A stretch of DNA of 63,953 bases, the filler included, from Sluysia triapertura (taxonomy: Eukaryota), in assembly GCA_046118255.1 (NCBI GenBank). It is 4 parts of 4 records of this genome, joined end to end, with 100 filler letters (N's around TTAATTAATTAA, not from the genome) between each part and the next. Parts side by side here need not be neighbours in the genome. Positions count along the whole stretch, not along the records: positions 1 to 19,092 come from JBJNIA010097550.1; 3 more parts are not named here. One strand, 5' to 3'. The number at the start of each line of letters is the position of its first letter. Within the stretch, counting starts at the first letter, position 1. The notes below the pieces were generated by a model, which did no database searches, was not told the origin of the DNA, and saw nothing but the letters and a program-made list of their open reading frames with translations. The translations under genes were made by a program, and so were the position numbers. Of this stretch, positions 1 to 14,533 are shown piece by piece.

Positions 1-2653
1 ATATATTAGCCAGCAACCAATCATAAGCGAGCAGAATTCTAGAACATTTTTTTCTATTTTTAGTAATAAGTTTTATTTTTAAAAAGTAAGTTTTTTTCTA
101 GAAAATAATTTTCTTTTAAGGAATTTAATGATTTTCGGTTACGGTTTGCAATAAATTTAGTCACTTTAAAGTGTTGTGATAACAACATGACAATAAAAAG
201 TATAATAATTTTAAAACATTGGTTTTATTGTTTTAAATTTTACGTAAACGTAAATAATTTATTCAAATAAATTACAGAATAAAGTTTAACAAAAATTAAT
301 TATACAGTTTTTATAATTATTAGATTTTGTAAATCACTTGTAAAATGTTTTAAGTGCAAGTGAAAAATCAATGAAAATCGATGTCAAATTAATGAAATAC
401 AAAAGAAAATTTTGAAATGTGATAAACATGCATTTAAATAAGAAATATTTAAAATAATCAATAAATGTAATTTAATATTTACATTAATAGTTTTTAAAAT
501 ACAGTTTCAACTGTAAAGTAAAATTAAGGAACACCGTGTTAAAAAGTAAAGAAAATATTATATTATCGTTGCATTAAAGTTGTCTTAAATTTCATTTGCT
601 TTTATCAATTAAATAATTTTGTGCTAATAAACAACTAAAATTATTTGGAATTTTTCAAAATATATTTTTCTTTCAGCTTAAAGTTTAAATTAAAACAAAA
701 TATTGAATGATAAATTATTTCTGCAGTCTTTAAGAAAAGTTAATTTATATAATTCTATTTTAATTAATTAAAATATTAAAGAATTAATAAAATTTTAAAT
801 CAAAAGGCGAAAATCAAAAAAGTTCAAATGTATTTAGCAATAAATTCAAACTAATTAAACAAAATCAATTACGTTATTTTTATTATTAAGTACTTTTAGG
901 TATGTTGTTCTTACAATTAAAGACATTTTTATGACATAATTTGACCAAATGTGTTTTTATGCATTGTTTCTTTATCAAAGTAAATTTAATAAAATACAGT
1001 TCTACTGACATAATTTGCCGATCCTAAACATTTTAAATAATATTAAAATCTGTTCTGTAAAATGTGATCTGTAAAAAGACACTGCTCAATACAACTTTGT
1101 TATTGAATTGTTTCATGTCAAAATGATTTATTAAATAATGTTCAGAACTAATTGATTGTGAAATATGTATGATAAATTATATAATTTCAGAATATATGAT
1201 TTAGGTGGAGAATTTTGTTAAATTCGTTATAAGTTCTAGGTTTATTAAGTGATTTTCTGTAGTAAAGTTAGACGTTATGAGTTGAACCACCATAAGAGGA
1301 ATTCCACAAAATTATTTGTTAGTGTTAAAATAAAAATTTTAAGGGGATTTTCCAAATTATTAAAAATAATATTCTAAAGGGGTTTTCTTTGAAAAATAAT
1401 ATTAAAATAACATCAAACAACAAGAAAAATACTGACAGTACCTCTTTAAAATATTTAATGATTTAATTTTAATAACAAAAAATTAAATATGTAAATTAAA
1501 TATCACCAGACCAATAACATCATGTATCTATTTTATAGTTTTATAACCTAACGTATCTGTGTATAGCTCGATCTGGTACTAGTAATTATCATTCATCACA
1601 TATTTGTGACACTAGGCTCAGGCAAGAAAGTCGGGTCGTCATACATATGAGGAAAGGTTAAAATAACAAAAAATAATATAAAAATGTTAGCCAAATAGCT
1701 TGGATCTTCAAATTAGTATTTTAATATTACCATTCTTTCTTATCCACTCACTATTGAGTTTTACAATTAAACTTTCTCTTGCACAAATCATTAGAACCTA
1801 TTTTGAGGATTACACCAACAATAGCAGTTTTGACAATTACTTGGTATGGTCTGTCAAACTTTATTCGGTACAGAACATAAAAATTCGATTAATGATCAAC
1901 AATTATTTTCTTTTACTCTTCTCGAGCTACTTTTACTTAAATTAATTCACAGATTAAAATAGCAATCATCAGTATATCAAATTTGTTTAATATTAGTAAC
2001 AATAATTTTACATCTCATATATTTTAAATATTTCAGATAATTTATAAGATTACTCAAGGTCTTAAAGATTCTTAAATGTTGATTAAAGGTTCGTAAATTC
2101 AAGGATACTTTAACGATTTCAAGCTTCCTCAAGAACACCAAGGTATTCTTCAATACTCAGAATAATCATAGATACTTTCATTTTCATCATTATCACTCTA
2201 TATATATTTTATTATGCTCTGTCCATAATTTCTCAATTCAGAATCATCTTTATTCATCTCTAATTCCACTGCTGGATAATCCCAACAAATTTAATATTAG
2301 TTTATACATTATTACGATATTTTCTATATGAAAGTTTATTTTATTTAAAATAAGAAAGATTATTTACTATTGCAGGCTTATTCAAAGTTATATGACGAAT
2401 GTATTAAAAGAGTTTTATGTTTTGAAAATAATTACTTAATTGAATGTCATACTTTCTTATGAAAATATGAGAACTTGGATTGAATAAATAAGGCTGAAAG
2501 AGATTGTTATTTAATAAATTGATTTCCTAATTGTATTTATTAATTGTATTTATGTACTATGAATAAACCTGTACAATATAAAGAGGAAAAATATAAATAA
2601 ATTTATTAAAGTACATATACATGTACTTATATTATTAAATTATTGTACATAAC

Positions 2654-2740
2654 CTATAAGAGGGATGGCACCGGAAGTTTGAGGAAGTTTATCAGCAACG
2701 AGTAGCAGAAACATTGTCATCGACAATAAAATAGTGACAC
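2654..2740 (-). CDS. Nicotinic acetylcholine receptor subunit (alpha7-like, non-alpha), TM2 exon; last exon found, gene presumably continues off the left edge
   Basis: 87-bp AG/GT exon, phase 1-1, encodes (G)VTILLSMTMFLLLVADKLPQTSGAIPLI(G) = TM2 and TM2-TM3 loop; same size as the TM2 exon of alpha7-type genes. Missed by the ORF track. Confidence 0.92.
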
Positions 2741-2744
2741 CTGA

Positions 2745-2798
<54 letters not shown>
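2745..2798. repeat. (AAT)n microsatellite abutting the nAChR acceptor
   Basis: Perfect AAT run. Similar runs lie near 25570-25642, 37379-37437, 39627-39681, 54639-54684, 58960-59024, 60886-60942 and 63882-63946. Confidence 0.95.
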
Positions 2799-2802
<4 letters not shown>

Positions 2803-5800
2803 TAATAATAAGAATCTGTATTATTCAAATGTGACTTCTGAGTACGTGAAATGAAAATTGATATCTAAATAAATCTGTTTATTTTATTATCTTCCAAAAT
2901 TTGCGGTTTTGTTTTGTTTTCACTACAGACAGAAAATTAAAGTAATTAAATTTATCATTATTTTTTGTACTGACACCTTTTCTTTTTAGTAATAATAATT
3001 ATTATTATGATTTCATAATAATAATTATTATTATTTTAATGATAACACATATTTTCAGGTTTAATATTTAATCTTTTGTGTAATTATATATTTTAATTTA
3101 GATTAGTAATAATAATAATTAATAATAATAATAATTAATAATAATACAATCATTCTAAACAATCCGTTCGTCTTATTTATATAATTAAGTAATTTAAAAA
3201 CTTTATCGAAATTCCTAATACAAATTAGGAATATCAAAGGTAATATTGTTTGTTTTTATTTCCATTTTATAATAATTCTTTCACAATGAAAACAAATAAA
3301 TAAGAGTTTCAATAACATATTCATATATAATTTTAATAAAATGTTTTCCCATTGATATTTTGCGAAAATAAATTAATTATTCCGGAAACTATAAATTAAT
3401 AAAATAATTGATATTTTTGTTACAAAATATTTTTATTTATATGATTGACTAAACTATAATTGGACTAATGCATTATTTTTATTATTTTCGTATTTATAGT
3501 TTTCAATTAATATTAATAATTAAAACATTATACACTTATCCTTTTTGGTTTTAAACTTAATCAAAATATTTTCGTACCAACTTTTACAAATTATTAAAAC
3601 CAAATCTATCCAAATCCGAAATGTGAAAATCATTATATCATTAAATATGCGAACTGCACACACAAAATAAGATAATATATGTGTAAAATATCCTTTAAAT
3701 ATTCTTTTTCAAAGAAAACAATAAAGTGAAATAAAATAAAATTATTTAATAGAATCTGCTCGCTTCCCTGATTACTTTGGGGCTTCATTCACTTTATCAG
3801 GTATTCATCATTGACTTTAGACTTGTAAACTTTTATGTTTGTTTAATTGTCTTTTTGAATTATTGCTGGAATTATCTCAACAGTTCCTTAATCATTAATT
3901 TTATTTGATTTTCTTTTTATTTGTCTTTAGATAAGTATTTATTTCTTCTCATTGTAGAGGTAACTAAGTTCTGTTGTGTGTATCAAACGTAATAACAAAA
4001 TAAGTATTCGGTGAATTTAAAATTTTACAATCGAACATCTATCTTCGGTTTCGATAAAGTGTGATTATAAATCATAAAATACAATATCTATTAAGATATG
4101 TTTAAATTTATATTCGATTTTCTAAATTTGATATTAAATAAATTGTTTATCTGAAAACGGAAATTTTATGGAAAACAATAAATAAAATAAAAGATATTTT
4201 TATATTGCTTTATTTAATTGCCAAAATAAATAAAAAAGAAATTGTGGAGGTTCTCCAACAATGTTTTAATTAATTAACTAATTACCATCTAGTGAGAAAC
4301 TTTGGTTTTGTGATGAATTCCAGTTAAATTGTTATAAATTGTCTGCTAAATGTTAACACCATAATTATCGAATATTTTTATAGAACCACTTTTGATACCA
4401 CTTAGTGACAAGACTTGTCTTTTATCGTTTTAAATAGAAAATGAAATTATAAACATATTGTAACTTTTATTTACACAACGAATGAAAATGCGTCTTCAAT
4501 GATGACATTAACTGTCCACAAATGATAAGATTATAATTTTGTCTGTACATTGGAATGTGTTTAATTCAAAGTGAGCCAATCATTAATTACTGTATACAGT
4601 TTAAATCTTTATAATTAAATCTAATAGGCTTATGGCCAGTGAACAATATTAACTATTTATAATTATCTTTACGCTTAAAAATAGAGACAAAAATAAGGGT
4701 CAACTTTAATCGGTAATTCTAGTACATGACTTCACACATAAAACATTTCCTATAATCCTTCACATCAACTTTCATATGTAGCATATATTTCACATAATAC
4801 ACTTTCTAACATGCAAATATAATATCTATTACAAAACAAATACTTAATACCACATTTCTAAATTAAAAATAAATAATATTAATTTAACTGTAATGACAAT
4901 AATAGCAGTGATCATCAATAATATTGTCGTTTAAGTAAAATAGTATTTATTTCTCTATTTTCTTTATCTTTAGATTAATTTTATTCCAATCCATTTTTTA
5001 TTCCCCTGGAAGAAAAAATATTTAGAATAAAAATAAATTTGGATCTTAACTCACTTGTTAAAAATTGAATGGACAAGTTGCTTTATTAAAAAAGACAACA
5101 CAACAAAGATAAATTATAAAAACAATTATCAATCATACTTTAAATAATATACGAGTCATAAATCTAATTATTAAGATGTTTGTTCAGACCAGACATATAA
5201 ATATCATCAATGGCCTCACTTTCATAATTTTTTTTCGCTTTTATATCTCTGTATCGTCCAATCACTCCCAAATCAACGATCAGGAATTACTCTTACACAA
5301 ATCATCAAAACCTTTTAATGATTAAACCTACTAAAACGACTATGGCATTCACATGGTACGACCTGTCAAGCAAGTATAACAATCCGATTAACAATCAACT
5401 CTTATTTTTTCTTCTACCCTACTCTACTATTTTTTCATGAATTATTTCTTACATTAAAATAACAATTATTATTATCGACATACCTAAAAATAATGAATTT
5501 AACTTTAGTTTTTACAGTTTAATTACTTTTCAATTCAGCACACTCAATTTTTTAATGGAAAATGTTTAAGGTTCTCATTCCCAACTGAACAATTTCATAA
5601 ACACTTCAACCTCATTTTCGGATTCTCCTCTTTCATTGCAATTACTCCATACCTATTTCATAATCTCTTCATCATTCAAAATATGACAATTTCATCATTT
5701 TTAATTAAAAATTAAAATTCGACTTTGTTCAATATAGAAGCTTTTCTCCCATGAGTTTGGTCAAATCTTATCTTCATCGGAAGATCTTTTTAAATCACAA

Positions 5801-6448
5801 ACATACACAATTACAATTTTAATATAGCATTCTTCATTCAAAATTTATTCATACAAACGTAATTTTTCTTAATTAATTAATTATTTTAACTTATTTTATT
5901 CTTAGTTTAAAGGTTTTATTGTGATTATAAAGTTGTTAAATACTTTAGAAGGAACTCAGGAGACTCTAGATGTTTTCACCTTATTCCTATTTTACTTTTT
6001 TATTTTAATTATTATTAGACATTATTACACTTCATCAAGTACGAAAATAGTACTCTCAATACAAAAATCTTTTTCACAAAATTCCATACATATGACTTGA
6101 AAACTCTACGATAAGAAAGTGCATCCATCAATCTCTTCCACCCAAACACTCAAAACAACAGTAATAATTAACATATAAACAATATTTCAATAACTGCAAA
6201 CTATTCGACATATTTTCCACAATTAAAATATCCAATTAAAAAGGCTTTTCACAAAATAAAACTTTAAACCATCATTTTAATCACTCCACGAAAGCAATTG
6301 ATTTATTCTCAAAACAAAAAAATCATATATCTTCACATCAAAACTCCCTAAAAAATCATTCCATAATAACACAATCCATACCATATTCTATCATCCTAAA
6401 GTACTCAAGACAATACACAATCGAATCAATAATATAAAAACAATATTG

Positions 6449-6820
6449 ACTTGTCAAGCTGTGAAGATGCACAAACATATAAAACTAGAACCACTTAATT
6501 GCCCAAATAGTCAGCTATTAGATATAATTTATAAGAACCATTTTTCTAACAATAATCAACTGAGAGAACAATAACTATATTTCTTGATTCAGAGTTCCAA
6601 AACGAATTATCACAGTTCAAGGAGCTCAATTAGAGGCAGTACTAGATTCCGGACTTCAACATACTATCTTCGTCAAATGGTATGATTCCACCGTACTTTC
6701 AAGAACACTTTGATTTTGGAAACAAAAAACGCAACAGTTAATTCAGATATTTATGGTTTTAAAGCCGCGGACGCAGATTCAAATGTAAACTCGAAATTAA
6801 CATTCATCATTTCTACATTA
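6449..6820 (+). mobile_element. LTR-retrotransposon aspartic protease relic
   Basis: RIITVQGAQLEAVLDSG (6603-6653), a retropepsin-type LDSG motif, frameshifted afterwards; possible decayed zinc knuckle upstream. Boundaries approximate. Confidence 0.5.
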
Positions 6821-9077
6821 AGTTTTTTATTAAATAATATCAGAGAACAATTTTATTTAAATGAGTTAAATACGGTTTTTAAAACTATTACGACAATTAG
6901 ATTTAGAAAGCGGTAATGCCCGATTTTTTAATTTAATAATTATTGTAAAAGAGAATAGGAAGTTGAAATATACTAGTTCATTTACGATGGACTTTAAATC
7001 AATTTACTTAGACGACAGTACTCATAAAAATAATTTATGGTGTAGTAAAGTATTTAACTTATCAGTTAATTGTGTAATAGAGAATAATAATTGTAACTTA
7101 GAAACAGATAAGTGCATTCAATAATATTTGTATTTGATTCGTTTTCAAGATTCCATTTTAGTTCATTTAGCAACACATTTTTTATGTATACTTATTCCAA
7201 ATTCAAGTGTTATTCATCCATATTCACCATTATTTGTTTCTGTAGGACGAGTAAAATATCATCATGAATATTTAATCGCCTTATTTATGAATGAAGTGTC
7301 CACAAAAGAAGACTTAAAGCAATTGAAAAAATTTAACTATGAATACTTTATATTTAATTTATACTTTCTAATTGGAATCTTTGTAAAATTTCGATTCAAG
7401 AAATATGTAATATGAAGGAAAATATGTTAAAAATTATAAGATTTAATTTTAATAAAATTGTTTCCATTTTATTATGATTTAAGTACTCCAATAAATAGTC
7501 ATGGATTAATTGTATTCACATTTGTCAACGACATTAAGTACTTAAAGCGCCTTAAGTGCCATCCTAACATTTCGTATCCTTTTTTGACTAAAATGCACAA
7601 AATTGATAATTTTAATAAGCCTAGCATGATTTTTAATGTATTAAATGATATCTCTTCTGAATTATGCAATTTAAAATCATTGCTGGCAGAAACCCTTTCC
7701 TTTAGCATTTATTTGTGAATTAGTATGCTGATTTAGAAGAAAGTTAGTTAAGAATGGACAGCATCTTAATATTAATTTCTGTGTGAACCTTGAGATTTTA
7801 CAGATACCAACTACTTAAAACACTTGGGAAATTATTAAGGCTATTACTTTAGTAACTATGTAAATACCTATTAGTCCTGAAAAGGCTTGTCTTAATAGTA
7901 GTGTATTATGAGCAGCGTTTTAAAATGATCTGGTCCTAATGATAATTCACAATTCATTTTTCTTGAATATTAAATAACCGTTAAAACTTTTGATGTTTTG
8001 ATAGGAAATAGCATTTCATGCCATGCAGCTTTTATATCTACATTTCAATATATGCCTGAATTTAGAATGTTTTTGTAGCTGAAAATTTAAAATTTCCTTT
8101 TAACTCTATAGGTTCTATAATTTCACTTAACTTCTATGAGGTAATATTATATTTCGGTGCCACAGCATGTGAACAATGCATCGTTATCAGTTTTAGTTTA
8201 TTATTACGTTTAGAGTTTTAATGGTATCAGAAATGGCATCAATGTAATTCACTATATATATAATTATTGTAAATTTTATTTATTTTTCGAAAGAATATTA
8301 AATAGAAATTAAAAACTTTAATTCTGTAATTAAAACAATATATTGTTACTTTATTCATATAAAAAAGATTTTGACAATTTTAAGATTATGTTATTTGAAA
8401 TATAACTTGTTTATGGAACTAATGTATTTTCTTTAATGAAAATTCATGATAGCTCATGCAAAAACGAATATATATCATTTTAATATCGTTTTATTTCATT
8501 CAAAAGATAAACTTTTTGTAATTATTAAGTAATTAATATTTTCTGACCCAAATCAAAGAAATTCATAAATTATAAAAGAGCGAAAGTTGTTAATATATTA
8601 TTGCCTTAGTGTTTGTTAATACTTATGTATACATATGTATGCTGATTAAATATAACACTCAGACATGTTCATTATTTGTAGTTATAGATTTACTAACACG
8701 ATTCAATTTATTACTCTGCATTTGCTATCAAAACAGTTCACGATATTTAAAAATGAAAGAAGAATAGTTAAAGATCTTTGAGATATCATAGCTGTTACAA
8801 ATTTAAGGTGATATTCAAAATCAGAATAATCAAATCTAATTGGAAGACTGCTGAGTCAAGCAAGTAAAAGATGGTGTTATAAAGAAACTCTCATAATTTA
8901 TTATAAAACTTCATGCTTTAACTGATAAATTTTGTTCAATAAAACTTTCTTTACTTGTTTGTATATTTTGTATGCCTTATTTATGATTTATTCTATATTT
9001 TTAATTTTACTGCATAATTTCATCATTTTTAATTTCAACTTATTAATGTATTAAAAAACTTTATTGATAAAACTTAC

Positions 9078-9266
9078 CAAGAGAGATTTTCTCACCGGCA
9101 TCGGGAGGTAAAGTAAATTCTAATAGAGCCATTGTAGAAATTAACACACATGGTATAATTAAATTAAACACATAGTACAATGGTTTGCGTTGAATACCCA
9201 GAATCAAAAGAATGTTGATAAATGGAGCATTATTATATGTGTATTGATGTCTTTTAATTGTGTGAT
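9078..9266 (-). CDS. nAChR subunit, loop C + TM1 exon
   Basis: 189-bp AG/GT exon, phase 1-1, encodes HTIKRHQYTYNNAPFINILLILGIQRKPLYYVFNLIIPCVLISTMALLEFTLPPDAGEKISL; GEK motif of cation-selective Cys-loop channels. Confidence 0.93.
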
Positions 9267-11878
9267 CTAAATTTAAAAGAATTAATATTATTAGTTGTTA
9301 TTTTCAAGATAAAAATTATTCAAAACTGAATAGATAAAATTTGTATTATTCAAAAATAAAAAATAATAACTGTAACAATAATATATAAATAACTAGGAAT
9401 AATTTATTTTAAAAATAATAACTATCATTTTCTATTACTGCCTTTCATCAAACAGAAAGTTTTTGAATTTATTTAAAATACTATTATTTATTTGATTTAA
9501 AGAATCGTTGACATGCTTCTTTGATTTCTTCAACAATTTAAAGAAAGCATTGAACTCGATGGAAAATTTGAATCTGATGTATTTATTATTTATTTATTAT
9601 TTATATTTATTATGATTTTTTCAGTTTTTGTCGAGTAATCTTTGTTGTGTGTGAAGAAAATTTTTTAGTTTTGGTGCGTATCACACTATAAATAATAAAT
9701 TCAAATCATAAAACCCTCAGAATTACTGGCAATTAAAATAATTTGTTTCAATAAATTAAAATTAAAACAATATTAAAATGTTTACTTTTAATAATAATTA
9801 TACGTAATTATAAAAGAATCAGTGCCATTTTTGGACTGGAAAAATTAATATAGATCATCTTAAACAATGGACAAACAAGTTAATATAAAAGTATGAAAAC
9901 ACGTCGTATTCAGTTAATTAATTAACGTTTACCTAAAAATTATATTAATAATTTATAATATAAATTTATATTTGGATTATATTTTATTAAATTTTAATGT
10001 CTCTTTGTAATTTTTGATTATAAAGTAACATTGGTATTACATTGATATTAATACTTTTCGGAACTCTTATTAAATTATTAGGAAATGCCTCTTAATAAAA
10101 TTATTATTATTATTATTATTATTATTGTAAAATATTAATAAAATGCAAAAATTTTTATGTAAAATATTAAAGTAATAATTATTATTATAATTAATTATAG
10201 CAGGAATAAAACTAACGCGTGGACAATTCCACTATATAAGTTTAGTTGGTCACATTAAAAATTAATATAATGAAACTATAATAAATCATATCATACCCAA
10301 ATCCAATATAAAGCTAAGGTAGCTATAATAACTAAATTATATATAAAATGTGGTAAGAACAGATTCTATAGTAGGTACTACTTATAGTACAATTTAAACA
10401 AAAATACCCAGCTGTCAGTATGGAAAACACTGAAAATACATTGTATATAAAAGCAGCAATCGGAAACAAAGTCATATATTATTAAAGTATTCAAATATTC
10501 ACGTATTCGAGTCAATTCAACATATTTGGTTTCAAATTGTCGATGTTTTCAATTATTTAAGTGTTCAAATATTCACGTTCTAAGACTGTAAAAATTAAAG
10601 TCTGTATTAATGAAGTTATTAAAATAAATAGGTGTATATATAAATTATAAAATACTAAAGAAAATAAATTTTGTTTGAAAATTGTGAAAATAAACACTAT
10701 AAATCCTTATTTGTCTATTGTTATGGTAAATAAAACTAACTCAGTTCAATTTCCTTTCTATCTTTCCATTAGGACAATAAAATGAGAGAGACGTTTTTCT
10801 TAAAATACAAACTTATTTGAGATAAATTATATTTTGGAAAAGTGTTTAGTGTACAATAAAATGCTTAATAATAATAAGGCTAGTCCGTAGGATTTTAAAG
10901 AGTAAAGTAACATGAAACTTACCGTCGGTTAATTTAAATTTCTGAGTTTAGCAATATATGCCTTAATGCTAAATAAATGAGATGTGAAGATTCGTTTAAT
11001 TATATACTTAATAATAAATTTAAGGTTATTTTGCTAGTAAAATTTCTCTTTTAAAAGAAAATTCGATAATTTAACTTTTAATAACAAATTTTGTTACGAT
11101 TCTGTCAAATAGAACTGGACAATAATAAGATTTTTATAAGGTTCTTTGGTAAAGAGTATCTATAAGAGTTAATAAAGGATGTTATTAATGTTCTTTATTA
11201 ATGATTAATAGTTTATAATGATTACTTATTAAACAGAACCGTCTGAAAGGTTTTAATTTAGTTTGTTTTCAAAAATAATTTTAAAATACAGCCAAATTTA
11301 CTTAGGTCTTAAATTGAACTTGAATAGCTACTACCGAAATGACAAATAAATTTTAAATGCAGTTTATTTAGGTTCGGTAAATTGAATATTTATTGAAAGT
11401 TAATTTCACTTATACTTTTAATGCAAAATTGAATAATTAAAGAAATGTATTTATAATAAATAAAATTCAATAAAACTAATTAATACAAATAAATTATTTT
11501 GTCAAGATTATTTTTCTTAATAATCTTTTATAAATTAATTTAATTAATTCTTTGCTCGGTTATACAGTTAAACGATAACCAAATAATAATTAAATTTTAG
11601 ATTTTAAGTAATATCTTTCTTAAGTAATATTATATAAATTTAACGAGTGTTTTTTTATTGTGCAAAATCAAAAACAGGTTCCACTGATAAAGTTCACACA
11701 CATTAAATAATCTATTTATGTTGTCAACTAAGCCAATTTGTACACAGAATTTAACTATAACAAGTTAATCAATAATTATACTGTCACCAAATCGAGTGAT
11801 ATTGAAATAATTTGTTTTATGCAAAGTCTATATAGAGTTTTTTGTTTAAGCTTTGTTAGACTTCATAAAATGGACTGA

Positions 11879-11911
11879 CCGGGGATGCTTTACCAGCTGC
11901 GCTATCAGCCC
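11879..11911 (-). mobile_element. Truncated tRNA-derived SINE head
   Basis: Minus strand GGGCTGATAGCGCAGCTGGTAAAGCATCC = tRNA-like 5' end and A box; no B box or 3' half. Confidence 0.4.
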
Positions 11912-12603
11912 AGTCTAACAGTTTTATTTTGTTATAGTCAATTATACCAAATAGCACTTTAGACCTTGAATGTCATGTTAATTTAAACATTTAATTAAAT
12001 CTAAACAATTAATTATTTGTCTGTGTAAATAAAAATATTTCATAAAAATTAAAATATTCAATATTTATATGTTTAATTTAACCACTAAACAATCTGATCT
12101 TATTTGAAACATTTATTAAAAATAAACAGAAAATAAATTTGTTAATTGTTAAAAACGTGACAAAGTTGAAAAAGAAAATAAAAATTTTGGATATTAATGG
12201 TATATTTTGCAGAAATAACTGTATTTAACATGGTGATAGATTTGTATAGTTAATATCTTTGAATATTTCCGGCACATTTCTAATTTTCAACAAGCGGCAG
12301 AAACAAAATCAATGCAAATTTCAATATTTTATAATACTTAACATTAGAACAATGCTACCATTTATTTCTTGTATAAAGAGATATTTCTCGCATTAAAGAT
12401 ACAATAATTAACAAATAATTATATTCATAAATTCATAAACGATTGATAAAGCGATTATATTTAAAATTCAACGTTAATTTATTAAAAATTTTAAACTAAG
12501 TTAATCAATAAATGAATATTTATATTTTAACTTCCATGTAGTAATTCATTGACTATTACAATAAAAGAATAAACAACAAAAGTAGTCAAATAATTAATCT
12601 AAC

Positions 12604-12902
12604 TGAAAAGATCAAATTCTCCGTTCTTTGTATACTCATCTAAATTTATTAGACCAATTTCTGTACAATTTCCAGTCTGCAAATTATCATTATCATCGGG
12701 ACACTGTAATTTCAAATCAATATACTTTCCACTGTAACTCCAGCTACCAAATTTTAAAGTACATACTTGCTGATCAAACGGAAACCACGTAATATCGATA
12801 TCACATGTTGATTTAAACATTCCAGGAGGTACCCATTGCATTATACTGTTATTTCGAACAACTACATTTGCTGGATATGTTCCATCAAACTTGTCGTCGG
12901 CA
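12604..12902 (-). CDS. nAChR subunit, Cys-loop exon
   Basis: 299-bp exon, phase 2-1: ADDKFDGTYPANVVV...WVPPGMFKSTCDIDITWFPFDQQVCTLKFGSWSY...NGEFDLF; canonical C-x13-C Cys loop. Confidence 0.95.
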
Positions 12903-14357
12903 CTTAAAATGAATTAATATATTAAATTTATTTAAATATATAATAAAGTATAATTATTTTAACTCTAACAAAAATGTAATTTAATTATCCTAATGGAATT
13001 TTTAAATAGAAATTTATTTTTAAACTTTTATTCCAATTGAATATAAATGAATTTAAGAGGATAATTGAGTCATTATAAATAATAATAATTAATTATTAAT
13101 AATAATAATAATAATAATAATAATTTAAATATTGTGCAATATATATTAAATGTATTTATATAAATAACATATTTAGACTCCAAAAGGCTATGATTTGATA
13201 TTGTCATTTTGTAGCATTAGCATAACTTTCAAAAGTATCAACCTCGAAATATTAATATTGACAAATAACTAATTGAGAACGAATGAAAATGTATCTCAGA
13301 TTATTTCTAAATAAATAAATTAATTTTTCTAACAATATAATATTATATTTTAGAAGTCATTGATCACAAAGATATAATATAATATAATTATTCACGGAAT
13401 ATAATTTGTTTGCGATTGTTCAAGATTTAATTATTATAATACATAATGCATCACTTTGTACTGTTGATATGTAAAACTAATATTTTATATCAATATTTCA
13501 GTATTATTTCAATAAGACAAAATATTTTAACCTATGAATTCTTTTAATATATAAATATTTAACAAAATGAAATTCCTATGTCAAAAATAGAACTAAAAAT
13601 CGCCGATAAAGTTTTTCCTAAATCTATGCCTATAAAAATCTCTTTAAAAATTCTGGCATTTAATGTAAAAGAAATATTAAATTAAACAGATAATGAAATG
13701 TGTGATTTACTTCCTATATTTTAAATCAATGAATAAGCAAGAAAAACTTTACTAAAACTAAAAATTATCGCTTTTTTATTTGACATGGTACAAACAATTA
13801 CTTAAATAGGACTGAATGAGATTAAATGCCATAGATATTAGATAAATTTAGGACAAATTAGCTAAACATTAAACAAATTAATTAAATTAATATTGATTTT
13901 AGACTAGCTAAAATTGACTTATAATGATTCTGATTTAAGATCAATAATCTTCCTGTAATTTATAATAAATAAAATAAAATAAATTTAAATTAGTAATTGT
14001 TATTGTTTTTTCAATTAGAACTTTTGGCATTTTATTAAGAATATATTGATTTATTCTTTCCAATATTTAATTTTAATTTTATGATTTTCTCATCACGAAA
14101 TTATACAATTAGATATTGAAGAAAATATTCGTGTGAACTTTATTTTTTTATGATAAATAGCCTATCTTATGGAAAATATGCATACTAAGTCGATAATATT
14201 GATATGTGTAAAATCTGATTTATGTCTAGAATTGATTTTATAAATAAATAAACCTAACATTTGATCATTTTTTAATTTATAATTTTATTTCCATAATACA
14301 GAATGATAGCGGAGAAAATTTACTAAATTATTAAAATTTCATTTAATTAATTAATTA

Positions 14358-14533
14358 AATGAAAATTCCCAAAATCACATTGCAATTAATACAAAAAAAT
14401 TGATCGAATAATTAGAGTTAACTGAATTAAGTATCCACTATTAGGTCCTGATTTCGCTTCGAGTGATTTTTGGTTGTTCAAACACTTAAAGAATTTTATG
14501 ATAGAACAAAAATTTGAAACAGTTTCTGAATTA
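14358..14533 (+). mobile_element. mariner transposase relic in nAChR intron
   Basis: ENSQNHIAINTKKLIE*LELTEL / YPLLGPDFASSDFWLFKHLKNFMIEQKF is a decayed HDNARPH...YSPDLAPSDFxLF motif. Confidence 0.78.

Noticed and set aside
7128-8230. Short ORFs in the nAChR intron
   Set aside because: Possibly old TE debris, but no identifiable motif.
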